Assembly (NCBI GenBank): GCA_014381825.1 | Contig: JACNKX010000113.1 | Location: 6,159-70,158, forward strand | Direction of reading: 5' to 3' | Source of the DNA: Planctomycetota bacterium | GTDB lineage: Bacteria; Planctomycetota; Planctomycetia; Pirellulales; Pirellulaceae | Length of the DNA: 64,000 nt | Part shown: positions 44,134 through 54,517 of the stretch, piece by piece | Position numbering within the stretch: the stretch's first letter is position 1 | How the letters are laid out: each line of letters starts with the position of its first letter | Program-made: the position numbers and the translations under genes | Notes under the pieces: model-generated | Seen by the model: the letters and a program-made list of their open reading frames with translations, nothing else | Databases searched by the model: none | What the model was told of the DNA's origin: nothing

Positions 44134-45561
44134 TCACACGATCTGCAACGTAACGGCTTGCGCCCTGATCTCTTGCGTGACGACGTTGCCGAACAGCGTG
44201 TATGCCGTTGCGTCGTAGACAGTAATCGGCAGCGTTTCGCCGATCTGTCGGCGATTGCCGTCAAAGACGACGATCCGATCGCAGTGCGTTCGCCCGGTCA
44301 ATTGAAGGACCGAATCGTCTTCGCTCCCATCTTTCATGGAGCGTTTGCTCGGGCCTTCGATCAAGACGTCGACCGTGCGACCGATGAAGTCTTGATTGTC
44401 TTCGCCGCTGATCGCCGTTTGAATGGCGAGCAAGTCGTTGTTGCGCCGTTGTTTCACTTCAACGGGAATGTCGTCCTTCAAATTCTCCGCGCCTTTCGTC
44501 CCAGGACGCTCGCTGTATTTGAAGATGAAACTGTTCTTGAAGCGACATTCCTTTACCAACTCCACGGTCTGCTCGAAATCCTCATCCGTCTCGCCGCAAA
44601 AGCCAACGATAAAATCGCTTGAGACGGCATAGCCGGGAACGGTCTCGCGAATGCGGTGCATCATGTCGCGGTAGTCTTGAACCGTGTAACCGCGCTTCAT
44701 GCGTTGCAGCACGGTATCGGAGCCGCTTTGTAATGGAACGTGCAAATACGGCGACACCTTTGACAGATCGCGAACCGCTTGCAGCAACTCGTAGCCCATG
44801 TCTTTCGGGTAATTCGTCACAAACTTTAAGCGTTCGATTCCATCAATTTCCTGCAGACCATGCAGCAAGTCGGCAAGCCGAGTTGTTGTGCCGCGATCGA
44901 CATACTTGTAGCTGTTGACGGTCTGTCCAAGGAGCGTGATCTCCTTGCAACCCTGATCGGCCAAGATGCGAGCCTCGTCGTAAATCTGTTGAGGCGACCG
45001 ACCTTGTTCTGGACCACGCGTGGAAGGAACGATGCAGTAGGTGCAAAACTTGTCGCAACCGATTTGGATCCGCAGGTAGGCTTGAAAAGGAGTCGGGCGC
45101 ATCGAGGGATCACGTAGCGGGTCGAACGTCTCGTGGCTCCGTTTGATCTCGTCGACCGAGCCGTCACGTCGGCCAAGACCAACTGCCATCTGGCGCTTCG
45201 CTCCAGCTTCGATCCGCTCGACGAGTTCGGGAATCTGCTGCAATTGGCCGGGGCCGACAACGAGATCGACGTAAGGCGCACGTTCAAAGACCACCTTTTG
45301 GTCTTTCTGCGCCATGCACCCCATTACACCGATGACTTTCTCCGGGTTCTTTGTCTTGAGTTTCTTCAGGTGGCCGAGGGCGCTGTAGGTCTTGTCCTCG
45401 GCATGTTCGCGGACACTACATGTATTGAACAGTAAGGTGTCTGCCTGCTTCGGATCGACCGTCAACTCGTAACCGTGCTTCCGCAAACTCGCCACGACCA
45501 TCTCGCTGTCGAGGACGTTCATCTGACAGCCGACGGTTTCTATGTACAGGCGTTTGGTCAT
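44134..45561 (-). CDS. miaB: tRNA-2-methylthio-N6-dimethylallyladenosine synthase
   Basis: 'ETVGCQMNVLDSE' N-terminal cluster, the radical-SAM 'CDKFCTYCIVP' motif and a C-terminal TRAM domain are present. Confidence 0.9.
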   Translation of the reverse strand: MTKRLYIETVGCQMNVLDSEMVVASLRKHGYELTVDPKQADTLLFNTCSVREHAEDKTYSALGHLKKLKTKNPEKVIGVMGCMAQKDQKVVFERAPYVDLVVGPGQLQQIPELVERIEAGAKRQMAVGLGRRDGSVDEIKRSHETFDPLRDPSMRPTPFQAYLRIQIGCDKFCTYCIVPSTRGPEQGRSPQQIYDEARILADQGCKEITLLGQTVNSYKYVDRGTTTRLADLLHGLQEIDGIERLKFVTNYPKDMGYELLQAVRDLSKVSPYLHVPLQSGSDTVLQRMKRGYTVQDYRDMMHRIRETVPGYAVSSDFIVGFCGETDEDFEQTVELVKECRFKNSFIFKYSERPGTKGAENLKDDIPVEVKQRRNNDLLAIQTAISGEDNQDFIGRTVDVLIEGPSKRSMKDGSEDDSVLQLTGRTHCDRIVVFDGNRRQIGETLPITVYDATAYTLFGNVVTQEIRAQAVTLQIV

Positions 45562-45595
45562 AGCATGTTAGGTGTGAGATAGTCGGCGGGCGAAA

Positions 45596-45826
45596 TCAAG
45601 CAGCTCCACGTCGTCCGCGCTGCTGCTCGATCACTTGCTCGCGGGCCTTTCGTTGTCTTTCTTTTTTGCGTTCCTCTTTTAGTCGTTCCTGCTCTAACTC
45701 GACCTGTTTGGTCAAATCTTCGATGATGTCCTCCCGGCGGCGGCGCATTAGCCGCACCAACGTGATCACCGCCAAATACGTGACGGCGGCGAGCAGTATC
45801 AGGTCCAACGAACTCATTCCGAACAT
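45596..45826 (-). CDS. Small membrane-anchored coiled-coil protein, hypothetical
   Basis: One N-terminal TM helix is followed by a K/E/R-rich helix. The gene lies just upstream of miaB on the same strand. The start is ambiguous (45826 or 45817). Confidence 0.45.
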   Translation of the reverse strand: MFGMSSLDLILLAAVTYLAVITLVRLMRRRREDIIEDLTKQVELEQERLKEERKKERQRKAREQVIEQQRGRRGAA

Positions 45827-45954
45827 AGCGATCCCCTCGTGCAATCCTTTGCTGAGCGCAGGTCCACCATCTTAGCACGCGCCCACGGATCGCCGCGAGG
45901 GGGATTTCCAGGCGGCAGAGCCAAAGAAATGCGCAATTTCGATACACTAGCAGC

Positions 45955-46137
45955 ATGAACGACGAAGCGGCCTACATTTGCGACGCATGCGGCGAAGAGA
46001 TCGTTGTGCCAATCGATCTCACGCAGGGAACCTCACAGGGCTACGTCGAGGATTGCCCCGTTTGCTGTCGCGCGAATGTGATTCATGTTGAACTGGAACG
46101 GGACGGCGATGTTCGTGTATGGGCTGAAGCTGAGTGA
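45955..46137 (+). CDS. CPXCG-motif cysteine-rich small protein (zinc-ribbon-like)
   Basis: 60 aa with 'CDACG' and 'CPVCC' Cys pairs. Confidence 0.65.
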   Translation: MNDEAAYICDACGEEIVVPIDLTQGTSQGYVEDCPVCCRANVIHVELERDGDVRVWAEAE

Positions 46138-46154
46138 GGCGAGCGGTGGATTCT

Positions 46155-47558
46155 TCAGGGACTTCCTTGCTTCATCGAATCCAAAACCATCGCGAGCTTC
46201 TGTCGCACCACTTTCATCTCGGCTGTGTCATCGTTTTCCAGGATCGGTCGTTCTTCGAGCTGATCGATTGGTACGTCAATCAATCGTCCATCGTCGTACA
46301 GCTTGTAACGTTTGTCGCGAGCGAATCGAACCAACCGAAAGCGATCCTTATCCCAACCCGGACGGGGATCGAAATGGCAGAAGACCCATGGTCGTGTGGC
46401 GACGTCTTTGCCGAGCAATTGCGGATAGAAACTCAATCCATCGGTGAACGCATCGCTGGGCAGAGGACTGCCCGCTGCATTTAGAACGGTTGGCAAGAAG
46501 TCGGTCGAGTCGACGAGGTTGTCATTTACTCCAGGTTTGATCGTTCCGGGTTGCCGACAAATTAGGGGCACATGCGTACCAGCGTCGGTGGTCTCGCCCT
46601 TGCCTCCTGCAACGGGGCCTGTGTTCGTCTGTGACGTTACTTTCAAGTGCGTTCCGTTGTCGGCGAAGAAGATGACGAGCGTGTTTTCCGCGATGCCAAG
46701 TTGATCGATTTTGTCAACAACTCGTCCCACGCACTTGTCGGTGTACTCGGCCATGTCTTTGAAGAACCGCACTTCTTCTAGATTTCTTTTTGAAGGCTCC
46801 TTCCATTCGGGACTGTCCGGTGTGGGGACCATCGGCCAATGAGGTAGCGCCATCGGATAGTAAACAAAGAATGGTTCGTCCAAGTTGCGTTCCATGAAAC
46901 CGTTGATGTACTCGACCCAAATGTCGGGGCCGTAGCGTCCTTTCAGATCTTCGCGAAACTTGCCGTTCTCGAGAATCACCGGGTCGGCATAGCGCGACCC
47001 TTTGACTTCTGTGTGGCCGGTGTGCCACAGGCAATACTCGTCGAAGCCTGCATCTTCAACTTTCATTCCAATCCCGCGTCGCTTCGCCGCTCCCGGATAG
47101 TCCGGTGGGTCGTAGCTTTGCAGTTGCCATTTTCCTGCGATGCAAGTTTTATATCCCGCCTCCTGCATCCAGTGCCCGACGGTCTTTGCCGTAGGATCTA
47201 GAATGCCAAACGCGATCCAATTGCGGTGGTTGTACAAGCCGGTCATCAGTTGGAGGCGAGTGTTCGCGCAAAGTGGCTGCGCGTACCCGTGTATAAAACG
47301 AACACCCTCGCGAGCCAGTCGGTCGAGCGCCGGAGTCTTGTAACTCGTACCGCCATAGCTCCCCAATCCTTCCACACCGAGATCATCCGCCATGATCAAA
47401 ACGATGTTCGGGTGCCTGCTCGACTCGGCACGAGTGGCCTGACCCCAAATCAGCTGCGAAGTGAGAAACACAATCGCCAACGCCGTCATTCTGCACAACA
47501 AGTGACACGAGGTGAAGTGATCGCGATTGGAGTGGGTAGCCGTTTGTCGACCGTACAT
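46155..47558 (-). CDS. Sulfatase family protein with a non-canonical active-site motif
   Basis: 'IMADDLGVEG' and the overall sulfatase pattern are present. The formylglycine motif reads 'CANTR', not C-x-(P/A)-x-R. Confidence 0.8.
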   Translation of the reverse strand: MYGRQTATHSNRDHFTSCHLLCRMTALAIVFLTSQLIWGQATRAESSRHPNIVLIMADDLGVEGLGSYGGTSYKTPALDRLAREGVRFIHGYAQPLCANTRLQLMTGLYNHRNWIAFGILDPTAKTVGHWMQEAGYKTCIAGKWQLQSYDPPDYPGAAKRRGIGMKVEDAGFDEYCLWHTGHTEVKGSRYADPVILENGKFREDLKGRYGPDIWVEYINGFMERNLDEPFFVYYPMALPHWPMVPTPDSPEWKEPSKRNLEEVRFFKDMAEYTDKCVGRVVDKIDQLGIAENTLVIFFADNGTHLKVTSQTNTGPVAGGKGETTDAGTHVPLICRQPGTIKPGVNDNLVDSTDFLPTVLNAAGSPLPSDAFTDGLSFYPQLLGKDVATRPWVFCHFDPRPGWDKDRFRLVRFARDKRYKLYDDGRLIDVPIDQLEERPILENDDTAEMKVVRQKLAMVLDSMKQGSP

Positions 47559-47873
47559 GATGAATTATCTCGTTAGACTCGCCCGAATTCGCTAACAGCG
47601 GGCACCTAACGACTAGGAACTGAAACCGCTTACGGCTTCAGTATCTTCACTAGAATTTGCTGGGTCAATTCCCAACCACAACTGGCAAGGAAGCGAAAGT
47701 AACGACCACAGCAGCACGGCTCGCGATGGTAATGAAGGTCTGTGAGTTCAAAGAGAATCGCTTCGTATATGGCTGCAGCAACACACGACACTCAGTGGGC
47801 TGATGAGGACAACGATCCGCTTTGGGAGTCCCTCGGGAAAGAGAAACAAGCAAACGTTGTGATCGAGGCTTTT

Positions 47874-50051
47874 CTAACTTACAAACTCCTGTGGATTCAG
47901 CACAAGCGCCATTCGTCCACCGCCAAGTTGTGCGACACCTGTGAATGCGGTGGTATTTGGTAGCAGATCTTGCAGGCCATTGATTACGACTTTGCGCTGG
48001 CCAATTACGTTATCGACTAACAAGCAGATACTCTTGCCTTTGTGTGTTAACATCACAGCGTTGGTCGGCCCGTCGCCCTGTGTCGTCCGCGAACTCGTCG
48101 CCAACGCCTGGCCCAAGCGGATTGCCGCAAAAGGCTCGCCGCGAATTCTGGCTACTAACGATCCCTGAACCGTCGAAATCTCGCTCGCTTTCAACTCGAA
48201 GATCTCACCAACGTTGCCAAAGGGCACAATGAACGTGTCGCCATCTTGGGCGAGCAACAATCCGTCCACCACGACGACTGCTGCTCGAAGTGGAATCGCT
48301 ATGCGAAACGTCGTTCCTACGTCGACCTGAGAATGGACTTTGATATCGCCTGAGTGATCGCGAATCGTGGTCCGCACAACATCCAACCCAACACCGCGCC
48401 CTGAAACGTCCGAGACCTGTTCCGCGGTGGAAAACCCAGGATGAAAAATCAAGTCGACCGCCTCATCATCCGAAAGTGAATTCGCCTGGGCCGCGGTCAT
48501 AATTCCTTTGTCAATCACCTTCTCTCGCAGACGCTGTGGGTCGATCCCGCGGCCGTCGTCCTGGACAGTGATGATCACATGAGTTTGCGTCAACTCGCAT
48601 TTCAACCACAGGTTACCAGTGTCGCAGACGCCGCGCGAACGCCGCGATTCTGGAGTGTCGATCCCGTGGTCGCATACATTTCGGACCATATGCATCAGCG
48701 GCGAGTCCAAGTCTTCGATAAGCGATTTATCAATCTCGTTCTCTTCACCCACCAAGTGAACGTCCAATTGCTTTCCAAGGTCGGTCGCCAGAGTCCGAGC
48801 GACGCGCGGAAATTTGGAGAACAATCCGCGCGCTGGGACTTTTCGGAGAGCCACAACACTTGATTGAAGTGCCATCGTCTGCCCGGAAAAAGTTGCGTTA
48901 ATCTGCCGCAATTCGTCGACAAGCTCACTCAATTGCATCTCGCGGTCCATGCGTGCCTGCAAGTCCTTCAAACGCTCGCATGTAATGAAGAGCTTTGATA
49001 CGTCGTTCAAGAACGTGTCGACTCGCTCCTCGTTGACTCGCAGAAACCTATTTCTCGGTGGTGCGGTCTCACCTGTCTGCGTTTGGGTTGGTTGGACGTT
49101 TGCCTTGGCTTCCCTCTCCGGAGTGTCCGTCGGTGTCTCTTCCGGGAGCGGTTCGCAAACTCGAAGTTTGTCCAGTTGCCGTGCAAGCGTCGACCAGATG
49201 ATCCCGAGCAAATCGGAGTCGATATCGAGAGGGCTAGAGAAGATCGTTTGAAAGTCGGACGCGGCAGAGTTCAAAGGCTGAATGAGCCAATCAGCCTCCG
49301 ACGTCTCAGCCCAATTGGCGAACTCGCGCGCCGCTTCCAAAAATGACCTGCCGTGTTCTTCCTCGTACTCTCCACAAGCAGTGACACGGAACAACTCCAG
49401 CAACCGGTACACACGCTCCGAAACATCATCATTGGCATACCTAAACCTCGCACCATAGAAAGTGTCGATATCCGGCTCGCCTACCTTGGCCTGCTCTTCA
49501 AACGCATCGTCGTCACTACGATTTGCAACGAGCGCGCGCAACCGATCTGACCAATCCAGTGATTGTGGAAGCCCAGCCGCGGCCATCTCATCTGCCAGCG
49601 ACGACACTTCTTCCAACAATCGCTGTTCTTGCAACACGTCGCTAGAGTAGTCATTTGCTTGTTGCTCGATTCTCGCGAGCAACTGAACGTAGTCGTCTTT
49701 CAGCGTCTTGTCAGTAACGCCATTCAGTGCCTCATTCAACATGACGTCAAGATCGTCGAACGCTTCTATGAGAGATCGCGCGAGATCCTCGCCGAGAGAC
49801 GACTTCCCGTTTCGAATATCATCCAAGGTGTTCTCGACAGAGTGGGCGAACTGCTTGATCGCGCTGAGCCCGAAGAAGCTGGCGCTTCCCTTGATGCTAT
49901 GAACGCTGCGGAAGACGGAATGCACCGCTTCGGCATTCTCCGGGTTGGCGCGGTACGCCTGAAGTTGCGCTGGTAACTCGCGCAACGACTCCAGCGACTC
50001 GTCGACAAAGTCGCCCAACAGACCTTCGCTTTGTGAGATTGACTCGCTCAT
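47874..50051 (-). CDS. cheA: CheA-like histidine kinase (Hpt - dimerisation - HATPase - CheW-like)
   Basis: The Hpt motif 'FRSVHSIKGSASFFG', 'DDGRGID' and 'GRGVGLDVV' ATP-lid motifs and a C-terminal CheW-like domain are present. The ATG at 50051 is preferred to the GTG at 50063. Confidence 0.8.
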   Translation of the reverse strand: MSESISQSEGLLGDFVDESLESLRELPAQLQAYRANPENAEAVHSVFRSVHSIKGSASFFGLSAIKQFAHSVENTLDDIRNGKSSLGEDLARSLIEAFDDLDVMLNEALNGVTDKTLKDDYVQLLARIEQQANDYSSDVLQEQRLLEEVSSLADEMAAAGLPQSLDWSDRLRALVANRSDDDAFEEQAKVGEPDIDTFYGARFRYANDDVSERVYRLLELFRVTACGEYEEEHGRSFLEAAREFANWAETSEADWLIQPLNSAASDFQTIFSSPLDIDSDLLGIIWSTLARQLDKLRVCEPLPEETPTDTPEREAKANVQPTQTQTGETAPPRNRFLRVNEERVDTFLNDVSKLFITCERLKDLQARMDREMQLSELVDELRQINATFSGQTMALQSSVVALRKVPARGLFSKFPRVARTLATDLGKQLDVHLVGEENEIDKSLIEDLDSPLMHMVRNVCDHGIDTPESRRSRGVCDTGNLWLKCELTQTHVIITVQDDGRGIDPQRLREKVIDKGIMTAAQANSLSDDEAVDLIFHPGFSTAEQVSDVSGRGVGLDVVRTTIRDHSGDIKVHSQVDVGTTFRIAIPLRAAVVVVDGLLLAQDGDTFIVPFGNVGEIFELKASEISTVQGSLVARIRGEPFAAIRLGQALATSSRTTQGDGPTNAVMLTHKGKSICLLVDNVIGQRKVVINGLQDLLPNTTAFTGVAQLGGGRMALVLNPQEFVS

Positions 50052-50085
50052 GGTGGAAATCACTAGGTATTGCTACTTGGCTTGG

Positions 50086-50544
50086 TTACGACTGGCTTTC
50101 CTCAAGACAGCTAGTTGCAAGACGTTTACGATTCGTCAGGTCTCGTAGTGTTTCCCACCAACGATCTAGTTTCGCAAAAGCTTCCTCGACTGCGGAAGCG
50201 AGTGGCTTAACGTCCGTCAAAGGCTTAAAGAAACACGCTTCCGCACCCCATCGCAAGGATTGCAGTACCACGGTCATCGAGACAAAACCGGTGAGCATGA
50301 TCACCTGGATTCCGCCATCCTGTTTCTTGATTTGTCGCAGCACATCCAATCCGTTATATCCGGGCATGTCGATATCCAAGATGACAACGCGGTATTCATT
50401 TTTCAGCAGCATACCGACTGCCTTCGACGGATTGTCCAATGAGACAACTTCGTATCCAAGACCCTTCAATTGGTGTCGGATCATCCGTAATACTTGTGGG
50501 TCGTCATCAATGTGCAGCACGGTTCGGCTGGTTGAATTCGTCAT
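50086..50544 (-). CDS. Single-domain response regulator (CheY-like) with a short C-terminal extension
   Basis: 'VLHIDDD', 'VVILDIDMPG' and 'MLTG' REC motifs are present. Confidence 0.8.
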   Translation of the reverse strand: MTNSTSRTVLHIDDDPQVLRMIRHQLKGLGYEVVSLDNPSKAVGMLLKNEYRVVILDIDMPGYNGLDVLRQIKKQDGGIQVIMLTGFVSMTVVLQSLRWGAEACFFKPLTDVKPLASAVEEAFAKLDRWWETLRDLTNRKRLATSCLEESQS

Positions 50545-50548
50545 TGTT

Positions 50549-52243
50549 CTAACTCAGGCTGAGAATAATGCTGTTTTTGAAGCGGTCGCATGTATGTCTT
50601 TCAATAACCGACAAGAGCTGCTCACGGTCGAATGGTTTGGACATGTATTCGTCACATCCGGCATCAAGACATTTTTGCTGATACTCCTGTAGCGCGTGTG
50701 CTGAGAGAGCAACAATCGGACCACGATATCCTTCCGCTCGTAGCTTCTGTGTCGCATCGTAACCATCCAACACTGGCATCTGCATATCCATCAGCACGAG
50801 ATCAAAAGGCTGATTACTCACTTCAGCAGCTAACACAGCCTCGACGGCAAGGAGTCCATTTCCGACGGTGGTCACATCAGCGCCGGCTTTTTTAAGCAAG
50901 AACGAGATCAGCCGCTGATTGTCAGGATTGTCTTCTGCCAACAAGACGCGACAGTCGAGTCTCGGCGGCGTTGAGGCCGCTGGTTGGATTATTTGTGCAA
51001 CTCGCGAGTGGTCGTCGGGCGAATTCGCCAGAAGCTTGCCCTCATCGAGACACTTCGCAGGAATTGTGACGCGAAATGTCGAACCGTGTCCCGCCTTGCT
51101 GTTGACGGTGATCGTGCCGCCCAACAACTCGACGAGTCGCTTCGAGATGGTCAGTCCCAAGCCGGTACCACCGTACTTGCGCGTGGTGGAAGCGTCTCCC
51201 TGGACGAACGGCTTGAACAATTGCTCCATTTGCTCTGCAGTCATTCCGATTCCCGTGTCGATAACGTCGAACTGCAATTTCGAGTTATTGTCATCGGAGT
51301 GAACCAGTCGTGTGATAAGTCGCACGCTCCCTTGCTCGGTGAACTTAATTGCGTTGCCAATCAAATTGACGAGAATCTGCCGGAGCCGAGTTGGATCGGA
51401 CTGGATTGTTTGAGGCAGCGGCGAATCGCATTCCGTTACCAACTCAATGCCTTTCGCTCTAGCCCGATTCCCCATGAGCGAGACGGTATCCTCGATAATC
51501 TGAAGCGGTACAAATGGGACTAGTTCCACATCAATCTTGCCGGCCTCAATCTTCGAGAGGTCAAGAATGTCGTTGATCAATTCGAGAAGATAATTGCCGT
51601 TTCTTGCGATCGTTTCGATCGCTTCGATGTTCTCGGCCTTTTCAAGATTGTCCAGCAAGACTTCTGCAAAACCCAGAATGGCCGCCATGGGAGTGCGGAT
51701 TTCGTGGCTCATGCTTGCAAGAAAGCGACTCTTGGCTCGATTGCCTTCCTCGGCAAGGTTCTTGGCCACTTCCAGGTCCTGAAGGGCTGATCGCAAGCGA
51801 CATTCATAATCGTGCATGGCAACTTCAAGTCGCTTGCGTTCGATTGCCTGCAGAATCAGACGCATCAGCGGCATCGGTTTCAGTTGACCTTTGACAACGT
51901 AGTCAGTAGCACCCGCCTGAATAGCATTGACTGCATCCGACATGTGGTCGTTTGCCGATAGCACGACGATGGGACGCGTTGGCGCGGCAGCACTCGTTCG
52001 GCGCACTGTATCGATACCGAGGCTGTCGGGAAGGTGTAGATCCAGCAGGATGAAATCGAAATCGCAGCTAGAAAGCTTCCGACAACCGTCCGCGAGATTG
52101 GTGACATGCGTGATGTCAAGACGCAGGTCCATTTCCGGCGCGACTGCCGACAGCCCATCTTGAATCACCGCGCTGCTAACGAGATCGTCTTCGACCAGCA
52201 GCGCCGAGATCGACTGTTTCGTCGCGAGTTTACTTCTTACCAT
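50549..52243 (-). CDS. Hybrid histidine kinase (REC-HisKA-HATPase-REC)
   Basis: The N-terminal REC has 'LLVEDD' and 'FILLDLHLPD'. The H-box is 'FLASMSHEIRTPM', and G-boxes are 'DTGIGM' and 'GGTGLGL'. The C-terminal REC has 'LLAEDN' and 'LVLMDMQMP'. Confidence 0.85.
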   Translation of the reverse strand: MVRSKLATKQSISALLVEDDLVSSAVIQDGLSAVAPEMDLRLDITHVTNLADGCRKLSSCDFDFILLDLHLPDSLGIDTVRRTSAAAPTRPIVVLSANDHMSDAVNAIQAGATDYVVKGQLKPMPLMRLILQAIERKRLEVAMHDYECRLRSALQDLEVAKNLAEEGNRAKSRFLASMSHEIRTPMAAILGFAEVLLDNLEKAENIEAIETIARNGNYLLELINDILDLSKIEAGKIDVELVPFVPLQIIEDTVSLMGNRARAKGIELVTECDSPLPQTIQSDPTRLRQILVNLIGNAIKFTEQGSVRLITRLVHSDDNNSKLQFDVIDTGIGMTAEQMEQLFKPFVQGDASTTRKYGGTGLGLTISKRLVELLGGTITVNSKAGHGSTFRVTIPAKCLDEGKLLANSPDDHSRVAQIIQPAASTPPRLDCRVLLAEDNPDNQRLISFLLKKAGADVTTVGNGLLAVEAVLAAEVSNQPFDLVLMDMQMPVLDGYDATQKLRAEGYRGPIVALSAHALQEYQQKCLDAGCDEYMSKPFDREQLLSVIERHTCDRFKNSIILSLS

Positions 52244-52300
52244 TCGTTCTGCCCACCTGCCAGAATTGGAGTACTTCGATCATCCAAGATCGAGTGCGTT

Positions 52301-53440
52301 CTATTGAGTGCAACGGTTAGCCGTTTGAGGACTTACCGCCATATCCGTCGATAACAGTCGGGCATCTGATTCCTGTTGGCTCGCCATTGGCAACCGGAAA
52401 ATGAATCGCGTTCCGCCGGTGCTGCAATTTTCAACATCGATGGTCCCCTGGTGGTGTATCACGATTTCCCGTGCGAGTGCTAGGCTCAATCCTTGCCCTT
52501 CGGTGTGATGGTCAACGTCGACCGCGCCGAACTCGTCGAAGATGTAAGGAAGCCGGTCGGGCTCGATTCCCGGTCCTTGATCTGTGACACTTAAGCAGAC
52601 AGTATCATTACGATCCTCCACGTCGACTGCGACAACGCCTCCACTCGGACTAAAGCGAATTGCGTTGCCGATTACTGACTTGATGGCAGTAGAGATTCGC
52701 TGTTCGTCGAGCATCACCGATGCCATGCTAGCGCTACGAACATCAACGCCGACGTTCTTTTCAGTTGCGAGTCCTTCCAGCGCAGAGACCGCTTCTCGTA
52801 CTACGCGACCAAGCTCTGTCGGCACGAATTCTAATTCGTATAGGCCTGACTTAATGGCACATAGATCAGTGACCTTTTCAAACAATTGATGAATGCGTTG
52901 CGCATTTCGATGGACCATTTCTGCCAGCATCTTACGGTGGCCTTCGTCCACGCTCTCGTCAGATGCAAGCATCTCGGCCGGTGAAATCAAGCCGCTCAAA
53001 GGCGTACAGATCTCATGGCCAATTAGTGTCAAGAAGCTCGTTTTTAGTTGATCCATCTCCTCAACTGACTTGAGGCGAAGATAGACGCCAACTTTAGCCA
53101 GAAGCTCGTCGTGATCAAACGGTTTAGAGACGTAGTCATCGGCACCCGCCTCGTATCCTTCTAGCCGTTCCTCGACCATCGCTTTGGCCGAGACCATAAT
53201 GATTTTGGTCTCACGCGATGCCAGGTTGTCTTTAACCCGCCGACACACTTCGTACCCGCTCATGCCTGGCATCATGATGTCCAGTAAAATCAGGTCCGGT
53301 CGGAATTCGTCGACGAGAACTAACGCTTGGTCTCCAGACTCTGCCGTTCGCAGGTCATAGTTGTCGCGCAGTAGTGTTTCCAGAATCACGAGATTCGTCG
53401 GATTGTCGTCGACGGCCAGGATTCGATTTTGTAGCGACAT
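52301..53440 (-). CDS. REC-HisKA-HATPase histidine kinase
   Basis: REC motifs are 'ILAVDDNP' and 'LILLDIMMPG'. An H-box-like 'LIGHEICTPL' and 'DQGPGI'/'GQGLSL' G-boxes are present. Confidence 0.8.
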   Translation of the reverse strand: MSLQNRILAVDDNPTNLVILETLLRDNYDLRTAESGDQALVLVDEFRPDLILLDIMMPGMSGYEVCRRVKDNLASRETKIIMVSAKAMVEERLEGYEAGADDYVSKPFDHDELLAKVGVYLRLKSVEEMDQLKTSFLTLIGHEICTPLSGLISPAEMLASDESVDEGHRKMLAEMVHRNAQRIHQLFEKVTDLCAIKSGLYELEFVPTELGRVVREAVSALEGLATEKNVGVDVRSASMASVMLDEQRISTAIKSVIGNAIRFSPSGGVVAVDVEDRNDTVCLSVTDQGPGIEPDRLPYIFDEFGAVDVDHHTEGQGLSLALAREIVIHHQGTIDVENCSTGGTRFIFRLPMASQQESDARLLSTDMAVSPQTANRCTQ

Positions 53441-53454
53441 GGGCTGATCTCTTA

Positions 53455-53949
53455 CTATGTTTTGATTGTCGTGGCGCGAGTCTCGTCATCGTTGTTCTTC
53501 TCAAGAGTGTTGGGCGCTGTTTGGTTGTTATCACCACGACCTGCAAAGCTGTAGTACCACGCTATTAACTCGATTAGCGGTCGTTGCTGGACTGGTTTCG
53601 GAAGATAAGCGTCGCAGCCTGCGTCGATGCACTTCTCGCGGTCGCCAGGCATTGTCTTGGCCGTGACGGCAACGATCGGTCGGTCGTAGCCCGCGGCACG
53701 AAGCTTGCGAGTCGCCTCATAGCCATCGAGTACGGGCATCTGGATGTCCATCAAGATGATGTCAATCGGCTTCGCGCTGTCGCGAGCCTTTATCGCTTCG
53801 TCAAATGCAAGTTGGCCGTTCTCAGCGATCACAACCTCAGCACCCACCCTGCGCAGAATGAACGAAACCAGACGCTGGTTGTCCGGACCATCCTCAGCAA
53901 ACAAGATGCGGCAGCCTGATAGGGCGAAATTTTCAGTCGGATTAGTCAT
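53455..53949 (-). CDS. Single-domain response regulator
   Basis: '[11 protein letters not shown]', 'IILMDIQMP' and 'AVTAK' REC motifs are present. Confidence 0.8.
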   Translation of the reverse strand: MTNPTENFALSGCRILFAEDGPDNQRLVSFILRRVGAEVVIAENGQLAFDEAIKARDSAKPIDIILMDIQMPVLDGYEATRKLRAAGYDRPIVAVTAKTMPGDREKCIDAGCDAYLPKPVQQRPLIELIAWYYSFAGRGDNNQTAPNTLEKNNDDETRATTIKT

Positions 53950-54236
53950 GCTGAGATACGATTTTTCCGTGAAAGGTCTTGACGAATTCCCACGCCGCGC
54001 AGGTCATCGTTCACCTTGCGATCTTCGCACGCTGAAAGTGCGTGAGAAAACATACAAGCAGAAGGGCCAAGGCAAGGATCTAGAACTCATATTTTGCGGG
54101 AAACCACGGGCGGAACGGTAGTTGGCGCAAGAACTGGCACGCTGGCCGGAAATCTGTGATTTGTATATTCACCAGACAACGTTCTGACTTAGGCTTGCAT
54201 GGTTCACAGTTATCCGCCGGGGAAGCACCTCAGGCC

Positions 54237-54485
54237 GAAGGGCCAGGAATTCCTGAGGACGATCTAGAAACGATCTTTGAGAAATTCAGACAGTCGAGCG
54301 CGACGAAGACTGGGGCGGAAGGAACGGGTTTGGGATTGGCTATTTGCCGCGAAATTATCGACGCACGCAATGGTCGGCTGTGGGTCGAGAATATCGCGAC
54401 CGGCGGAAGTGTGTTCATCTTGGAATTGCCGGTGCGATGCGGCGATGAAGTTAGCGTCTGCCATGAAATCGTCGTGGAAGTTTGA
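54237..54485 (+). pseudogene. 3' remnant of a histidine kinase gene (paralogue of 58739..60289)
   Basis: The remnant encodes only the G1 box to the C-terminus ('EGPGIPEDDLETIFEKFRQSS...[21 protein letters not shown]'). By eye it is roughly 85-90% identical in DNA to 60041-60289. No HisKA or sensor region lies upstream. Confidence 0.8.
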
Positions 54486-54517
54486 AGAGCGAGTTGTTTC
54501 TAGAATCGGAGCAGAAC

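Noticed and set aside
54156-54236. The N-terminal 27 aa of track ORF 54156..54485, treated as part of a functional small protein.
   Set aside because: Similarity to the intact kinase starts only at 54237. The upstream part has no homology, and the ORF lacks an H-box, so it is called a gene remnant.
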